Origin: Eremomyces bilateralis CBS 781.70
Lineage: Eukaryota
Assembly: GCA_010015585.1 (NCBI GenBank)
Contig: ML975153.1
DNA: 64,000 nt
Reading direction: 5' to 3' (one strand)
Shown: positions 23,901 through 36,128 of the stretch, piece after piece
How the letters are laid out: the number at the start of each line of letters is the position of its first letter
Numbering within the stretch: position 1 is the first letter of the stretch
Made by a program: the position numbers and the translations under genes
The notes under the pieces: model-generated
Database searches by the model: none
What the model saw: only the letters and a program-made list of their open reading frames with translations
What the model was told of the DNA's origin: nothing

Positions 23901-24715
23901 CTCCTCCTCCTCCTCCTCTTTCTTCAGCCGTTCCGCCTCCTCTTCCTGCTGCTTCTTTTTCTTGGCCCCCTTCTTATCCTTCTTGCCGGAGTTACCCCAA
24001 TCGTCCCAGTTATCTCCATTGCCCTCATCGCCACCTCCTCCACCCCCACCCATATCGCCAGCATCATTCCCATCCCCACCATCGCCAGCGGGTTCTTCTT
24101 CTTTCTTCTCCTCCTCGCCTTCACCTGACCACTTGGCGGCTTTCGCTTTCGCTTGTGCTTGTTTTGCCTTCTTCTTGTTCGCGCACTGGCGCAGACCGCC
24201 AAGGTCGGACCAATCGATAGTCTCGTCCCGCTTGTCGCTTGGTTCGGAGCTATTGGTGAAGCCAGGGTCCAGCAACAAGGGGGAGTCGTAGAGCCTCACC
24301 GTAGCCAGAGTAGAGGTACTTGTATAGTCGGTCGGTACATCAGCCGGATATTCGGATTCGTCCTCCTTCTCTTGTTCGGTCGGGAATGCAGGTAACAGTG
24401 AAGGAAGTCGAAGGGGTTTCAGCTACTGTAGTCAGTTATCCCGTAATATAAGAACAATAATAACTGGCATCGTGGAAATTGATTGTGACCCACTTTCGCA
24501 TCCGAACTTCGCTTCTCAACATTAAGCTGCGCCAGCTCATTCTCCAAATCGTGCAACGCTTGCGTCCACAATGTAAACAGCCCATATGCCACCGTCCACC
24601 CATCGCCATTCCACTTCTCATGTTTGGCATCAACCGTTCCAGTCTTCGCCAGCTGGAGACTTTGTTTTAACCCGTACCACGGCGCCGGCGCCTCTGCCAA
24701 TATGACGACTGCCAT
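18000..24715 (-). CDS. Very large low-complexity K/E/D/P-rich repeat protein, ~2214 aa, function unknown
   Basis: Exon 1 24494-24715 (MAVVILAE...WTVAYGL..LENELAQLNVEK), intron 24423-24493 (GTGGGT...CTGAC..TAG), exon 2 18000-24422 open in frame (6423 nt). Multiple DDWG/WGF + KKxKKKGK repeats, EP repeats, E/K and R/E coiled-coil tracts. Confidence 0.85.
20341..20414 (-). repeat. Coding hexamer repeat (GAGCCA/GAACCC)n encoding (EP)n
   Basis: tctggc x5 and ttcggg-type repeats on the + strand. Confidence 0.8.
22397..23165 (-). repeat. Seven tandem ~105-115 nt coding repeats (GKNxIxEVEEPPPxKEEEPKVEDDxWGFSTKKSKKK)
   Basis: Seven units counted in the translation; near-identical nucleotide blocks such as cttcttcttgctcttcttcgtact and cctcaaccttaggctcttc recur. 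Confidence 0.9.
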
Positions 24716-27700
24716 TTCGATGATTCGTTCCTATGGCGCACAAGCAATCCGGAACCAGTCGACCGATCATTTGGCAGGATCCGGCGATGCGTCGAAGCAG
24801 CGATGCGACTGAAGGAAACGATACAAAGAAACTTTGCAAATCTCGCCGACTCTGTTGTTCGACGAATTTGCGCGATGGAAACACGGCGTCGCGAATGTGG
24901 AGCTGGGCAACTCGGTGGATTTCGCTCCGTGCAGCGATGCAGGCGAAACCAAAGCGCAGCAAACTCGCGAGCAAGGACCAAGAGGAGAATTCTTTCTGCA
25001 ACGCACACGCGGGTTGTGTTTCCTCCAAGCCGTGCGGGCGGAAATCGGGCGGGGATGCGTCGAATGAGGGCGGATGCGTCGGTGCCACAAGCGACGCAAC
25101 AGGGTTTGCTTGGGGAGGACTCGCTTCACAAATCCAGCACGGTTTCGAGGGCGCTCGGACGAGGGTGGAGTGAGGGTGGTCTCCCAGGAAACGCGGATCG
25201 ATTGCTTGCTCGGCGGGCGGTGATACTATCGCGCAGTGGCTCTCGCGTTCGTGACGGGATTTGGGAGAAGGATGCAGGGAATTGCCTGATACGGACTGGA
25301 GGGCTGGTTTCTGATGGTATGGTTCGGAGCGGGTAACCAGACCAGACCAGATGTCGGAAAGGTGGAGGAAGGCGGATATCTGGGACCGAACGCGCGATCG
25401 ATCCAGGCGAGATGCTGTTGGATTGATTCTAATCGAGCTGGACGATTCGAATCGAATATGCAGGCACGATAAGAAGAACGAGTGGTTGCAGCACCCCAAG
25501 TCGAGGGGTGATGGGTGAGATTCGATGATGCGAGACTGCGAGAGGTTTGATTTTGGTCACAAGGTTCGTCTCTGGCGTCGGGGATGCTTGCAAGCTTCCG
25601 GGAAGGGCTAAAATCCCCCCTCCTTTGGGCTGGTGTCAAAATTTCGATCCCGATCGTCGACGTCAGCGGTCGTCCTCTCCTCCGCAGTCCAGAAGTTGAA
25701 GACACAGGTAGGGTTTATCAAGGAGGAAAAAGAGAAAACTGAGGTAGATGTCCCTGCAGGAAGAACGTCTCCTGCGAAGCCGCAGGAAAGGGAATAAGGG
25801 ACAGCCCGATCTGCAGGAAGCAATTAGTGGCGACGACGCACACGGAGTAGAGCCAGTGGCAGTACTTTTCGGGGTCATCGTTTGGTGTGGACACCGAACA
25901 CTGGACAGCAGCCCTGAGGCACGGCCGCTTACGCCGTCTCGCATAAAGTTGAGGGCTGGGAGCCGTATGGATGTCCCCTATTCTGTCTAGTCAGTATGAC
26001 CAGGACTAAGTTAGGTCCTTTCTCCTTAATACTTCCTTAGGCACTCTGTATCCAGTGATTTTCTAGGGTAAGAAATCATCAGAATGTAAATGACTTGAGC
26101 TCAAAGACCTTCTCTTTATAAGTATAGTATTGGTATTAGGTGCCTTTAGAGATATATCGAAGATCTGGATGTCATTAACTTTAGTTGATTATGACATAAA
26201 GAAATGTCGAATCTTATTATTATCTTCATAGAGAAATAATGAACTTCTTCATAGTCGTGAATTGAACCTTCGGAGAGCTGGTAGCGGTAATTTACAGCAT
26301 CGGTCACCGATGTGGTTAGGAGCCCCGTAGATCACTGGCACTCCGTGGGCCATTCAGTCCAGCACGGTCTCCTGTCGACACACATTTCCGCCTCAATTCA
26401 ATATGCAAAATTGCACATATTGATATCCTTTAAAGCATAGTATCCTTGGCTCAGGACAAAAATGTTTTTCTGCTTTCTTATGATGTCGTACAAGAAGCTT
26501 TGTGCAATGCCCATGGTTTTAGGCTTTATGGTAGAACACTCCCTGTCAGCTGCTGTTAGCTGTCATCCCATCAGACCCTCCTCCCATGCCCTAATACACC
26601 ATGAAATCTTGTATCCTATCACCAGAATTCATTTTACATTCCCCCCTCACTGGTCAATCCTTTCTCCTAAAACCTCCATCCCACGCGCCAATGACGCTCC
26701 CTGGCCTCCCTCATCCATCGGCCCGGCGTATCCACCCTCGACCCGCCGCTACAGCAACCGAACCCAATAGTCCAATAGCATCACCATCCGTGAAGTGTAG
26801 CGGGAGTGAGCGTCGGTGCCCGCAGCCAGTGGGATTGCGAGACACCTTCACCGCTTTTGTCACGACGGCCTTGGCGCGTGGTGGTGAAGTGATGCAGGAC
26901 GCTTATTTCCACGTTTGGAGCGTATTGATTGTAGGTGATACCGTGGGATGTGGGTTACCAAGGGAATTTTCGGAGGGGTGTGTTGTTTAGAGGAAAATTT
27001 GGAGAAGGAGACCGCGGGTTGTGAAGGTAAAGTGGGGTCGCTATGGTTTTTCGGAGGTAATGGTTTGCGCCTGTCCGACTCGATGGTTGTGATATCGCAT
27101 GTTTAGTGCTCTTGATCCTATTACTGCATCCTGCACGATGTCGTCCTCCTCTCAAGAAGGCGCTGTCACTGTTCTTTGCGCTTCTCTCTCAATCTGTCGG
27201 CAAACGTGTCACATCTCCATTCCAGAATCGCCTTTCCAGATATGGGGAACTATGACAACGCAAAACAGTGCATGATGCAGGCGGTTTCGGCGTACATCTG
27301 CGTTTTCCCGCTGTGTCGTCAAGCTCGCAACAGCATGATGCAGCTAGAGAACTGCACGGAGGCCCGGCTCGGGACGATGGATGCTAGCGCTTTTAACCGC
27401 ACCATTTCTCGGATACAAACGACCCTGGTGAGTAGTACCGGGTTCCGAAACTGGCGACGCAACTAATCGCCGTGTGACGATATTGTGCTCTTGAGAAATT
27501 GGGATGGATGGGATATAATTTGAGCTTGACTAGACCACAAGGATCATTCCAGAGGTTATATCTCCTGTCACTGCTTCTTCAACCATTATTCCATGGGTAT
27601 CATCCTGTCCACGATGTCTCCTCTCCCAGTTCCTTTGATCTTGCGAAAGATATACCGTATACGTGCGTTAGGACCGATCAAAATTCCATTTCCCGCCTAC

Positions 27701-30700
27701 ACAGTCCACGACGGGACGCCTTTCAACTCTCAAATCACGAACAGGCGCCTGTCGAGATGACGCCGAAGGTATCTTCTGTTCGTCCAGTACCTTCTGCTCA
27801 ATGCGACCAAGGCGGAGCGTGTCCAACAGAGGATTGGCCCCCTGATCTCACGGTTGCCGAGTCTAAAGTATCCCTATGCTCCAATACAGGGCCTCATTGC
27901 CTCCTCAGCGCTCATCATATATTTCGATTTGGTCACCTTTACGTCGTAAATGACAGGGTCGCGTGCATCCAACTACGTCCATCGCGTGAATGGGCCTCAG
28001 TGTGATCGTGTGGCGACTCAGCTGGACGCTGGTCTTTGTTGGCCAGACATGCGCATGACGGAGGTTCGAATGCGGTCTTGTCATTTAGGCGACCAGGCCA
28101 CCGAGAAGCCTTGGCTCATGGGACCACCGTAATCTCGTTGTGACTTCTAGTAGATTTTTTGAATGTTATGGGCCACCAGACCACAGAGACTCAATATCGT
28201 TCCTTTATAACCCCCGAAAGCGGCAGAGCTGCTTGAAGTCGACGACAAACAACATATACTAAAAGAGATGCAGATATGATTAACGGAAATTCCGAGCCAT
28301 GCGTAAGTGAGAGATGAGACTTTTATGAAATTAAGATGAAGGCAACTTAGAAATCATCCTCCCATACAAACCGACCCCGGGAGAGCTTTTAAGAGACCGC
28401 CTCATGCTGACGACGAGGAATTTTCTCCAATTGTGATCAGCACCGAATCCAGCCGGAATGCATTCCGTTCCTATACATTGATCTGTAGTCCGTACTCTCA
28501 ACACAAATAATATTTCCCGGCGGGTGCCAAAGTCCACACGGCCGGAGGGAGATTCGATCCGTCCCGCCCGGATGGTTCGAGACAGCGATTAATATAAGGA
28601 ATCATGCGTCCAGTTCTTACCAAATGAAGGTACTTGCTCCACGCGGTCCTAAGAAGCTCCGAGATTCTCGGATTACGGTCCGGTAACGAGGCCGATGTGA
28701 TATATTGGGTCGCTGGTCGTCTGTCTTCTCTATTCCACGCTGTAAGTGCAGTCCTTGATAAACCCGATATTCCGAGACCCCACGCAACGATCAACGATTT
28801 GGTGCGGAAGGAATAAGCCATCGCCACACACCTATCTCTAATTGCCTCTCGCTCAAAGTTTAGCGCAGCATAACTGGCTCCAGTCCTTTTCAGGGTACGT
28901 TTTCCCAACGCTCCCAGGTGACAGTACGCTAACGCTACAAAAGATGTGCGATGACGTGGTTGCTCGGTTCGCCTGTGCACCCATCCATGAAGCGCGTGGT
29001 GAAGATCCGCTGCGATTCAAACATCATGTAAGATGTGATGGGGCAGTTGCGGCTCGGGGTATCATTTGTCCTGCGCGACGGGATCGCGTACACATTCTCC
29101 AGGAAGACAATGAGGGAATAGACTGCGCGGAATGTCGAAAAGAAACGCCTCCACAAACCCCATAGCATGGCACAAAGGTTCTGAGTGATATCAAGACATT
29201 GTAGGATTCCTTCTGACATTCTGAAGACCGAACGTCCGATTTTGGTCATTTCATCCACCGATTCTTGTTCTTTTCTCCCTTCCCAATACAAAGTTAATAT
29301 TCCCTTGCTTTTTCAGGGTCGTGGTTTCTGATAATGAAACCTTGAGGCTCGAGGACCTGAGATTCGGCTGTTATGAAACAAATTCTGTTCCGAAGAGCAC
29401 GACCCTCCTCCCGATCGATGACGCAATGGTACTCGAGGTCGAAGCCATCTCCGCATAGGCTTGTCCACCTCGAACATCAGAGACGGCTGTATGTAATCAT
29501 AGTTCGATACTTCGGTCGTAACCGTAACTTAGGTTGCTATCGAAGTCCCACTTATGAGTCTGCTAGCAGTGACTGGGGCCTCCAAGGACCCTGTGCCGAT
29601 GCTCGGGCCGGCCAGGTATATCAGTAATGCAACATGGAGCATCACATGTCTAGACTCGAGATTTGAGTCTATCATCTTGATTGAATGGAGGATAAGGAGA
29701 GTAGACAAAACCGATGGAATCAATGCAGAGAATAAAGATATGTTTTTGCCTCTTTGGTCGCTCTGGTCCCAAGGGGGATTTGGGGGGTCCGGAAAAAGAA
29801 ATTTTCCGACGCTCGGATCCCCCTATCCCCCTATCCCCTACAGTGGTGAAAGATCCAGCCAATCCACGTCTCGTGCTTCTTCCCATCCTTGTCACCCCCA
29901 CGAATAGAATGTTTCCATCCAGGGTGATGATGAATTGACAGCGAAGAGATATTCGGTGAAGTTGTGGTCACGAGATGGATAGAGTTTGCTAATAATCGAT
30001 AGGACATGGACGCTATCAGCAGCCAGATACAAGGCACTAGTATTCATCAAAATGTTCGGTGCCTACCTAACAAAACACGCCCAATTTGTTTCGCGCCTTC
30101 GGTCCATAGGGATGGCATCAAAAGTTTACCACACTGTGGACATGTGGCCTGGAATCTGATGATGAAGCTGTGGATATATCGGAACAAAACTGCATCTGCC
30201 AGACGTCTCAATGGACAAGGAGACGGTCGAATTATATATGTGTTAATTCTGGCTAGTGATGTTGGGCCTAATCCTGAACAGTTTCCCATTCTCCTCTGAG
30301 TTTGAACACCAACCAAATTGGGACCCGGCTTGGACTCGGCTGTGCATGCGAAAGCTTACCCCAGATGTGGGACCGTCAAGGGAGCTCATGGATTTAAAAT
30401 GGTGCTCACAAGTATGCACTGGAAGTCTAGATCCCAGGGTTGGCAAATCGTCAAGTCCACCTCAGAACGTTAGCCTATATCACAATGTCCGAAGGTCCAA
30501 AGCTCCAAATGGTCGTACACTGTTTCCATACGACGGTAACCCAAGAGACGACCCAACCTGATTCGAAACGCGAGAATCACTGAGAACTGAGAACAGTGGA
30601 CGATGACGCTTCGATTTCAGTCACGTGGATGACCCAATCTTTCGCAAGTGCCCGCTGGTATGACGAAGGGATTTATACGAATTGCCAATCAAAAAATCCG

Positions 30701-31725
30701 TTCTCAAATTCACAGGAGTGGTGATGCTCAGCAAGCGCCAAGCGGTATCATGCTTAGGAAGCAAAACGGCATTCGACCTTACGAATCCTCTCACTGCTCG
30801 GTGCTCAGAAGTTAATTGGGCTTGGGGCTCAGAACAGGGTTCTGCTTCGGCTGGTAGCCTTGGGTGGGTGAGAGAGCCAAACCCCGGCGGTGCAACCCGC
30901 CCAACGATCCCGTAAGCACCCCAGCCTGGTTCCGCTTTCCCCCCATGTTGGCGTCTACCCCCCGCCACCCGCGCTATCGTATTCTTACATCTACACTCGA
31001 CCCTGGTTAGAAAGTTCGGATCAAATCATCGAATCGCGACTCGGGATCTCCCGTACAGCTGCAAATAAAACTGCCCCGCTAAACCAGGGTTGGACGAGCC
31101 ATACGATCCGTTGCATACGTTGCCGGTTGCTGGGTCGCTGAGTCGTCGGTGCTCATCCACACCACGCCTCTTGCTTCCACAAGAGACTCGATCTGAACTG
31201 AACCCCCTCCTTCTCAACAACCTCTCTCATCTCACTTCCATCCCGTTCATCACTCTCTCCTCATCTTCTTCACCTTCCTTGGTGCTCTTTCGTCTCTCCC
31301 TAAGTAACGCTTGTATCCTCACTCGCACTCTCTGCATCTGCACATCCACCCTGTTCCATCTTGCCTGCGAAGTAAGGAACATACTACCGTCGCCCGCTCC
31401 GTTGTGAAGGAAACAACGTCACCCCGTTCCTTGGCCTGGCAACCGAACGCTGCCACCTGCGGTCCTTGAATCCCCTCGTCAATCACTTTGGACTCTCGAC
31501 TCTTCACGTCCATCTCGATCTCACCAGTCTACCAACTTCTTCCTGTTCATTGATCGACAGAATCTTGAGCTTGGAAGCACATCTCTTGAACTTCACCATC
31601 AGAAGTGGCAGCGACTCGTCTAGCTGCGAGAGCTTCAGCCGCATCCAGAAAGCTTTTGTATCCATCTGGAGATAACCCCCAACTGTTACGATCATACACT
31701 TGAAATCATTTCTCTCCTGAATTTT

Positions 31726-31785
31726 GTATGTGCTGCTCACTCTATTACGGTGTTTTCAATACTGACGATCATTGCCTATTACCAG
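31726..31785 (+). other. Probable 5'-UTR intron of SSD1
   Basis: GTATGT donor, ACTGAC branch point and CCAG acceptor, 127 nt upstream of the SSD1 ATG. Confidence 0.65.
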
Positions 31786-31912
31786 GCTCCACTCGGGGGC
31801 AAATCCGCCCTCTCACTCCTATTGCGTCACCAGCGTAGCGTCACTTTTGTCCATTGATTCATACGTTCATACGTTTGTCCATCTTGGACCGTGTGTATAC
31901 GATTCTGTTACC

Positions 31913-34900
31913 ATGGACCAGCAAGGACAATCTGGCCCAATGGCTCCCGGCGGTCGAAGACTGCATATTGCACATCGACGAAGCCCATCGGAGCTCACAC
32001 CGCTTATGAGTATGTGTGATCTTCACGTTCACTTCCACATGAAAGCCGTCAAAGGACATTAGCTAACAATGAGGTATGCAGTGGAACAACTTGCCATCGC
32101 TCAGCAGATCGAAGCCTTGCAACAGCAGCAACAGCAAATCGCTGCTACCTCCCAATACCTCAATATGGGCATGATGCATGGCCAGCAAATTCCTGGCCAG
32201 CAGATGCCAGGCCAGCAAATTCCCAATCAGCAGATGCCTGGCGGTGGCTTCCCGATCACTGGTCAAATGGCCAATGTCTCTCCTCACGGGAATCAGTTTC
32301 AGTTTCCGCAGCAGATGGGAGGACAACACCTCCAAGTTCCTATGGGTGCACCGACCCAGCCAGGATCTCACCGTCGAAACCAATCGTCTGCCAGCGCCCT
32401 GGGACCGCCACCCGCTCCTTCTTCCGGTGCATCCGGTTTCGGAGAATTCAATAACAACAACCAAGGCGAGCGCCGAGAGAACCAGAACCCGCGTGGTGGA
32501 CGCGGAGGCAATGGTGGAAGCGGACACGCCCGTCGTCACTCTTTAGCGCTTCCCGAAGCCAAGAAGGCCGCCGAAATCGCGGAACAGAAACGGCGAACCA
32601 CGAACTTCCAGTTTCCGGGGCCCGCTGCGGATAATGCCGCACCGCCTGCCCCCGCTACAGGCGCTGGTGAAGCACAAACACCCCAACTTGCCCCCACTGG
32701 TTCTGGTCGTGGACGTGGCTCCGGCCATGGTCGCAGCCAGAGCATGGCAGTTGGCAACTCCAAGGGTCGTGGCGGAAGCTTCCAATTCCCTCAAAGCGGC
32801 GATGTCGGTGACTCCACGCGCAGAAGCGGCCAACACAGCCGTACCGGCTCGAGAAACTTTGAAGGCAATTGGCGTCAACCCAACAACCAGCAACCCCCTC
32901 CCCAAGAACCACAGCAATCAATGGGAAATTTCCAGAACCCTAACGCCCAGCCTTTCCAGCCTAGCCATCGTACCCGCGGCTCGATGCAGAGCATGGGATC
33001 TCTTGGCAACTTCCAATACCAAGGACAGCCCCAAATGTTGCAGCTCCAGCAGGGTATGATGCCTCAGTTCGGAATGCAAAATATCAACCCCATTCAGTTT
33101 GCGCAATTGCAAGCGCTTCAAGCTGCACAGATGAATGGCCAGGGCCTTCAAGCAAGTCAGCATGCTCCTCAGAACATGCCGATGCAACAACAAAACCAGC
33201 AACAACGAAAGACGTTATTCACTCCTTACCTTCCTCAGGCAAGCCTGCCCGCTCTTTTAGGTCAAGGCCAGCTCGTCGCTGGCATACTTCGTGTCAACAA
33301 GAAGAACCGAAGCGATGCTTACGTCACTACTCAAGACTTGGATGCCGACATCTTCATTTGCGGCAGCAAGGATCGAAACCGTGCCCTCGAAGGCGATCTT
33401 GTTGCGGTCGAACTTCTAGATGTTGATGAAGTGTGGGGACAGAAGCGAGAGAAAGAAGAAAAGAAGAAACGCAAGGACCACACTGATTCTCGCGGTGGAG
33501 GCATTGCCGTCAACGATGCGACCACACAGCCCGAGAGCTCCCAGTCTGCGGCGGACGGAGGCATCCGCCGACGTGGCAGCTTGAAGCAGCGACCGACTCA
33601 GAAGAAGAACGACGATGTCGAGGTCGAGGGTCAGAGTCTCTTATTGATGGAAGAAGAGGAAATCAACGATGAGCAGAAGCCCCTGTATGCAGGTCACATT
33701 GTGGCCGTCGTTGAACGGATTGCGGGGCAGATGTTCTCTGGGTAAGTAATAATTTCATGGCCTGGATTTGTATTTCTCTAACATCATGTAGAACTCTCGG
33801 ATTGCTTCGTCCTAGCAGCCAAGCCACCAAGGAGAAGCAGGAGGCCGAACGCGCCGCCCGCGAAGGCCACAACTCTCGTCCTCATCAACAGGAGCGCCAC
33901 CAAGATAAGCCGAAGATTGTCTGGTTCAAGCCGACCGACAAACGTGTTCCTCTTATCGCCATCCCCACTGAGCAAGCGCCTCGGGATTTCGTTGAGAAGC
34001 ACCAGGATTATGCGAATCGTATCTTCGTTGCGTGCATTAAACGATGGCCCATCACTTCTCTCCATCCCTTCGGCACCCTTGTCGAACAGCTTGGCGAGAT
34101 GGGCGATCTCACCGTGGAGACCGATGCACTTCTCCGCGATAACAATTTCGGCCCGGACAATTTCTCCGATGCCGTGCTGAACAATGTTGGATTCGAGAAT
34201 TGGACCGTTTCCACCGAAGGCCGCAAGGATCTGCGCGATGAGCCAGTCTTTACCCTCGAGCCTAGAGGCTGCAAAGCACTTGACAACGCTCTCCACGTCA
34301 AGGTTCTCGAAGATGGCACGATCGAACTCGGCGTTCACATTGCGGACGTGTCTCATTTCATCAAGGCTTCGTCTCTTGTGGACCGTGAGGCGAAGAAGAG
34401 GGCAACGGCCGTCTATTTGATGAATCGCACGGTGAACATGCTACCCCCTCGTCTGTCCAGCCAGCTTTGCTGCCTCACTCCCGGTGAGGATCGCTATACT
34501 GCTAGCGTCATATTCAAGATTGACCCTACATCTGGCCGCGTCCTTGAAGACAAGACCTGGATTGGCAAGGCTATTGTCAAGAGCACTGTGAACGTTCCAT
34601 TTGAAGACATCGGTGCCATTCTGAGCGAAAATGGAGACGTTTCCCTCGATGCCAATCGTGTCAACGACGTCAAGCTTCTGAATTCCATCGCCCAGAAGCT
34701 CAAGCAGAATCGATTTGGCGATGTCACCACCGATATTCCTCCTCTTCGCTTGCTGTATCAGCTTGACGACGAGAATGTTCCTGTTGAAAAGAACATCTTC
34801 GACACGAGCGCGGCACACGAGCTTGTCGAAGAGATTCACACCCTCACCAACGGGACTGTCGCGAGGAAGATCCTTGAAGCCATGCCAGAGAAGGCAATGC

Positions 34901-36128
34901 TTCGCAGACAGGCCGATCCCAACCCCCGACGTTTGAGAACGTTCGCCGAGAGAATGAACGCTATCGGCGTAGAGATTGACATCACTAGCAGCAGCACCCT
35001 TCAGAACAGTCTCTTCAACATCGACGATGTGGACACTCGCAAGGGAGTCGAGACACTGCTCATCAAGTCTATGCAGCGCGCCAAGTACCATGTGGCTGGC
35101 AAGAGCACTCCCGACTTGAAGTCTCACTTTTCTCTCAACATGGGCGTGTACACTCATTTCACGAATCCGTCGCGCCGATATGCCGATGTGATTGTCCATC
35201 GACAGCTCGACGCTATCCTCAGTGACAACGTTGACGGTTTCTCCGAGGATGTTGAAGCCCTCAACAAGACCGCTGATCATTGCAACACCAAGAAGGATTC
35301 CAGTCACTTCGCCCAAGAGCAGAGCGTCCACATCGAGGCGTGCCGTCTCATGGACAAGCACAGCAAGGAACTTGGCGGGGACCTCATCAGCGAGGGCATC
35401 GTGCTTTGCGTCTACGAGTCGGCCTTCGATGTCCTCATTCCCGAATGGGGTTTCGAAAAGCGCGTTCACTGCGACCAGCTGCCGCTGAAGAAGGCCGAAT
35501 TCGACAAGAACAAGCGCCTTCTCGAGCTTTTCTGGGAGAAGGGGGTTCCGTCCTCGGCCTACATTCCGGAGGACGAACGTCCCAAGAACCACTCCTCGTT
35601 CAAGCGCTACGAGGCTCCGAAGCCGTCCAAGGATACCGAGGAAGCGCAACGCAAGCAGGTCAACACAGGTACCATTTCCACGGACGATGTTGATGCCCTT
35701 TTCGACGACAGCGACGATGAGTCCACCAACGGCGTCAACGCGGAAATGCAGGGTGTGTCCCTCAACCCCGTCGCCGGTGCCGACCGCCCAACGCAAAGCA
35801 TGCCGCCTTCCCCGACCCGCAACGGGCTGGTCGCCGGTGGACAGACGCCGCACCGCACCAAGTCCGATTCGAAGCTGTCGAAGAGCGCGACGGATACACC
35901 GGGAGTGAAGTTGACGAACAAGGAGAAGTACTTGGACCTGTTCACGCTACGAGATGAGAATGGAGATTGTGTGCAGGAGGTGCGCGAGTTGACCCGGGTG
36001 CCGATTATTCTAAAGACGGACTTGTCCAAGAGCCCACCGTAAGTGTGTTCTGGCCCGGCTGAAGTGATAATGACTAACGGTGTTGCAGTTGCTTGACTAT
36101 TCGGTCTTTGAACCCTTTTGCCCTCTAA
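31913..36128 (+). CDS. SSD1: RNase II/RNB-family pseudonuclease RNA-binding protein Ssd1 (gul-1/ssdA), ~1347 aa
   Basis: HRRSPSELTPL, Q/N-rich N-terminus with HxRxxS Cbk1-type sites, RKTLFTPYLPQ, LRVNKKNRSDAYV, GSKDRNRALEGD, KIVWFKPTDKRVPLIAIP, YTHFTNPSRRYAD and C-terminal CLTIRSLNPFAL. Introns 32010-32081, 33742-33791 and 36039-36088. Confidence 0.96.

Noticed and set aside
21820..24291. 823-aa + strand ORF (and 19606-20568)
   Set aside because: Antisense shadow of the K/E-rich 2214-aa gene; the S/F/L-rich translation simply mirrors its codons.
24250..24299. GTGAGG...AATAG as an intron, or GTG as the start of the 2099-aa ORF
   Set aside because: The frame is open from the acceptor at 24423 straight through; splicing here would break it.
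24630..25705. Overlapping 100-289 aa ORFs upstream of the large gene
   Set aside because: GC-rich leader/promoter sequence; mostly non-ATG starts and no motifs.
34441..35853. 470-aa - strand ORF
   Set aside because: Antisense to SSD1, with no recognisable motifs.
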